Shown in pieces: positions 29,383 to 32,000 of a stretch of DNA of 32,000 nucleotides. The first letter of the stretch is position 1. The number at the start of each line of letters is the position of its first letter. Under the pieces are notes generated by a model. That model did no database searches, had not been told where the DNA came from, and was given only the letters and a program-made list of their open reading frames with translations. Made by a program: the position numbers and the translations under genes. The DNA comes from Telmatocola sphagniphila (GTDB lineage Bacteria; Planctomycetota; Planctomycetia; Gemmatales; Gemmataceae): assembly GCF_018398935.1 (NCBI RefSeq), contig NZ_CP074694.1, positions 5,040,001-5,072,000 of the forward strand, read 5' to 3'.

Positions 29383-32000
29383 CTATCGAATCAACACGAC
29401 ACTGACAGTATCCTGCATCGACTGGATGAAGGCGTTCTGCAGGGCCGCTTTGCGACTCGTAGCGGGATTGTTAGTACCGTCGTCCCACACCGGCTGATTA
29501 ATAATCTTCGCCACGTTCAATGGCGTCGTTGCAGACGCTTGCACTGACCCTCTATACTGCATGTATTGCAGCAGGCTCAACGCCTGGGTCTGCGCCGTCG
29601 AAGTGTTCGATGTATTAAACAACGAACCGAACGCGATGGTGTGAATCTTCACCTGCTTACGCAGGGTACTGAAACCAGGCGGATTACCAGTAGTGCCAGA
29701 GAACGGATCCGTTCCATCCGTTCGGTTGGTGATCATGTTGGTAATGGTCTGGGCCTGAGTCACCCCAGCTGTGGCCGGACCAGAAACGTAGTTGGGCAAC
29801 TCTGGAGCCGTGGTATTCCAGCGAACCTTGAAGTACGAATTATTATCATCCGTGGTAGAAGAGGTTTGCTGGTTGAAGATTGTGGAGGACGATTCCTGGC
29901 CTGGGATCGTCGCCGTGGCACTCGCCACCCCGTCCGTTTCGAAGATAATCAGACGGGCAGCTCCCAGGCGGCCTAATCCCCCGGCCGTACCGTAGCCCGA
30001 AGTTCCCGACGCTCCTGCGAAAGTAGCACACGCGGCATTATCGCTGAACTGGTTGTAAGCCAGCATCAGAGAGTAAGCCGAGCAGGTTCCCTGCACGGGT
30101 CGGGGCACACTTTCGATTGCTCCGGGCACCGAGTTGTTTGCGGTATCGGTTTCGTACGGCGTGATTTCCAGACTGCTGCTGGCATTATCGATCACGTACT
30201 GCGGGAAGTAGAGCGAGTTGATGATGCGATTGTAGTCCTGGCACAAGGGTGCACGCACCGCGTTGTAGTAGCCGTTGTAAGTCGTGCCGCTGTAGCTCCA
30301 CGTGGGGATCGAGAAACCAATCACCGAAACGAAGTCGTTGGGGTGGTTGTTCTTGATATCCGAAATAGCCGTTTGCACACCTGCTTTAAGCTGCCACATC
30401 GGCGCCTCGTGAGAAGTTCCCGGCGACCAGAACTGCTGGCAGGCGAAGTTCTCGATGAAGTCCCACATCGTCAAGGGACCGAACCAGAAGCGCGTAATCG
30501 GCCGTCGCGGATTGTCGCGGTAATCCATATACCGCTCGTCGACGATCGTCATGCTGACCGTGTTGCGTACTCCACCCGGGTTAGCGGTATAGGCCTGAGC
30601 CTCATACCGACGGGTAGTGATCGTTTCCGTACACGGCTTCGGAGTAATGCTCGCTTTGTACGCCGAAACCCCGTTGGTTACGAGAGGAAATTGATTCGAC
30701 GAGGACGGAGTAGTCACATCGGGAATTTCGTCTGCCCCGTAACCTTGAAAACCACTCGCATTGATCGTGCTCCAGCTGCCGTTGGAATTTTGCTTCCAAC
30801 CCAGCACGAAGTCGATGTATTCCTTCCAGAAGCGCTGATCGCGCTGGGCCTGAGTGGCAACGGGCATATTACCGCTCGGATTGGTGATGGTAGTCGGAAT
30901 GCTGCTGTAATAAAGAATGCCCCCGGCCCGCATACGAGGCGGGAACGGATTGGGTCCGGTGTTCTGCAACCAGTACAGAATCGCATTGTAGTTGAAGGTG
31001 TAATAGTAACTGCCATAGGCGTTACGAACCGCTTCCCCAGCCGCGCTGTAGTTCGTACCTGCTTTCGTCGAAACGTAATTTGCTGTCGTCGAAGGTTTTT
31101 GTTGGAACGGACAAGGGTCGAAGTTGGTCGTGACCGCGTACTCCGAACCCGAAGCGTAGCTCGTCCCTTCCCAACCGCTGCTATTGATCAACGCAGGCCA
31201 AGTCACCGACGACGAGGGAGCTCGCATGCCGGCATAGTTCGAACTGCTGATGTTGCTTTCGAAAATCACCGCGTTGTTATTCACACCCCCGGTGACCGTA
31301 TAAGCCAAGGGTGATGGATTCGAAGGCGGAGGTGTGGTTGCCGTTGTGTTACTGCTCGAGGAAGAGCTACTCGAAGAACTGCTGCTTGAGGAAGAACTCG
31401 AGGAACTACTACTGGAAGTCGAGCTGCCTGTAGTGCCAGTGGTACCTGTAGTACCAGTGGTACCTGTGGTGCTGGACGAACTACCCGTTGTGCTCGGAGG
31501 AGAGGGCACCGTAACAGTCGTGCCCGGCAGGCTCGAAGCCTGGAACGATTGAATGAAGAATCGCTGTCGCCAGTCCTTCGCATCATTATTCGCCGCGACG
31601 TTACCCGCCACGGAAGGACCGCGCGGATCGGGTGGCCAGATGAAGAAGGTTTTGCCCCAGAAGCTCGGCCCCATGGTGTAGCCGTTGTAAGTGCTGCCGT
31701 AACCGTTGGTTTCCCAGTTGGAATTGGTTTGAGCCACGCGGGCTTCGACCGTCTGACTGGTCCAGGCGTTGGTCTTATAGTTCCAGATATTGGTGGTTTG
31801 GACCGTACCGACCATATTCACAGTCGGAGCAGTAGTAATTACCGGATCGCCGAAGCTGACCGTGGTGCTGCTGTTGGTATCCGGCACGGGAGAGGGCAAT
31901 CGCGAAATCGAAGCGATTTTTCCGTCCGTCGCACCCAGAGCGTTGAGACTGGTGTTGGTATGGTTAGCGGAGTTACTCGTGTTTTTGATATAGTAGTATC
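29383..32000 (-). CDS. Large Ser/Thr-rich exoprotein with vWA-like C-terminal region (5' end lies beyond the window)
   Basis: The reading frame stays open from 31899 to the window edge (upstream codons read ...YYYIKNTSNSANHTNTSLNALGATDGKIASISR-LPSPVPD), so the N-terminus is missing. vWA-like strands: 'NDFVSVIGFS', 'ARLIIFETDGVA', 'VKIHTIAFGSLF'. I did not see a clear DxSxS MIDAS motif. Contains a poly-Ser/(TTG)n tract. Confidence 0.7.
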   Translation of the reverse strand, partial: YYYIKNTSNSANHTNTSLNALGATDGKIASISRLPSPVPDTNSSTTVSFGDPVITTAPTVNMVGTVQTTNIWNYKTNAWTSQTVEARVAQTNSNWETNGYGSTYNGYTMGPSFWGKTFFIWPPDPRGPSVAGNVAANNDAKDWRQRFFIQSFQASSLPGTTVTVPSPPSTTGSSSSTTGTTGTTGTTGTTGSSTSSSSSSSSSSSSSSSSSSSSSSNTTATTPPPSNPSPLAYTVTGGVNNNAVIFESNISSSNYAGMRAPSSSVTWPALINSSGWEGTSYASGSEYAVTTNFDPCPFQQKPSTTANYVSTKAGTNYSAAGEAVRNAYGSYYYTFNYNAILYWLQNTGPNPFPPRMRAGGILYYSSIPTTITNPSGNMPVATQAQRDQRFWKEYIDFVLGWKQNSNGSWSTINASGFQGYGADEIPDVTTPSSSNQFPLVTNGVSAYKASITPKPCTETITTRRYEAQAYTANPGGVRNTVSMTIVDERYMDYRDNPRRPITRFWFGPLTMWDFIENFACQQFWSPGTSHEAPMWQLKAGVQTAISDIKNNHPNDFVSVIGFSIPTWSYSGTTYNGYYNAVRAPLCQDYNRIINSLYFPQYVIDNASSSLEITPYETDTANNSVPGAIESVPRPVQGTCSAYSLMLAYNQFSDNAACATFAGASGTSGYGTAGGLGRLGAARLIIFETDGVASATATIPGQESSSTIFNQQTSSTTDDNNSYFKVRWNTTAPELPNYVSGPATAGVTQAQTITNMITNRTDGTDPFSGTTGNPPGFSTLRKQVKIHTIAFGSLFNTSNTSTAQTQALSLLQYMQYRGSVQASATTPLNVAKIINQPVWDDGTNNPATSRKAALQNAFIQSMQDTVSVVLIR
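31351..31482 (-). repeat. Low-complexity coding tract: 22 consecutive Ser codons plus (Thr-Thr-Gly)x4
   Basis: Nt 31351-31416 encode 22 Ser using all six Ser codons (AGT, AGC, TCG, TCC, TCT, TCA). Nt 31426-31470 encode TTGTTGTTGTTG with near-tandem 18-nt units (ggtacctgtagtaccagt). Confidence 0.85.

Overview
This 32 kb window looks like a chromosomal segment of a moderately GC-rich genome, probably Planctomycetota (Gemmataceae-like). That placement is inferred from a YTV/Cys-rich repeat envelope protein, giant multidomain exoproteins with 'LEDR'-type N-termini, and zinc-ribbon membrane proteins. I support 20 protein-coding genes. Housekeeping genes (leuD, nnrD, polX, parB) are interspersed with a large set of cell-envelope or secreted-protein genes. 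These are a Wza-like exporter plus lipoprotein, a beta-helix/FG-GAP exoprotein, two secreted trypsin-like proteases, an O-antigen-ligase-like/TPR membrane protein, a membrane-anchored caspase-like protein, a 1706-aa PA14/Fn3/LamG-like giant, a YTV repeat protein, and a Ser/Thr-rich vWA-like exoprotein truncated by the window edge. By eye I found no rRNA, tRNA or CRISPR array. The items most worth a second look are: (1) an AT-rich two-gene cassette (EEP-fold enzyme plus an unknown 157-aa partner) inserted between leuD and nnrD; (2) the zinc-ribbon/TM/caspase-like protein with an intact His/Cys dyad; (3) two 'large exoprotein followed by a dedicated S1 protease' modules; (4) a shared non-classical N-terminal 'LE-x-LEDR-x-VLS' motif; (5) a cluster of MITE/REP-like repeats with a perfect 20-bp inverted repeat; (6) parS-like palindromes in a 630-bp non-coding region upstream of a parB that has no adjacent parA. 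All family assignments come from motif recognition by eye. No database search or computation was run.
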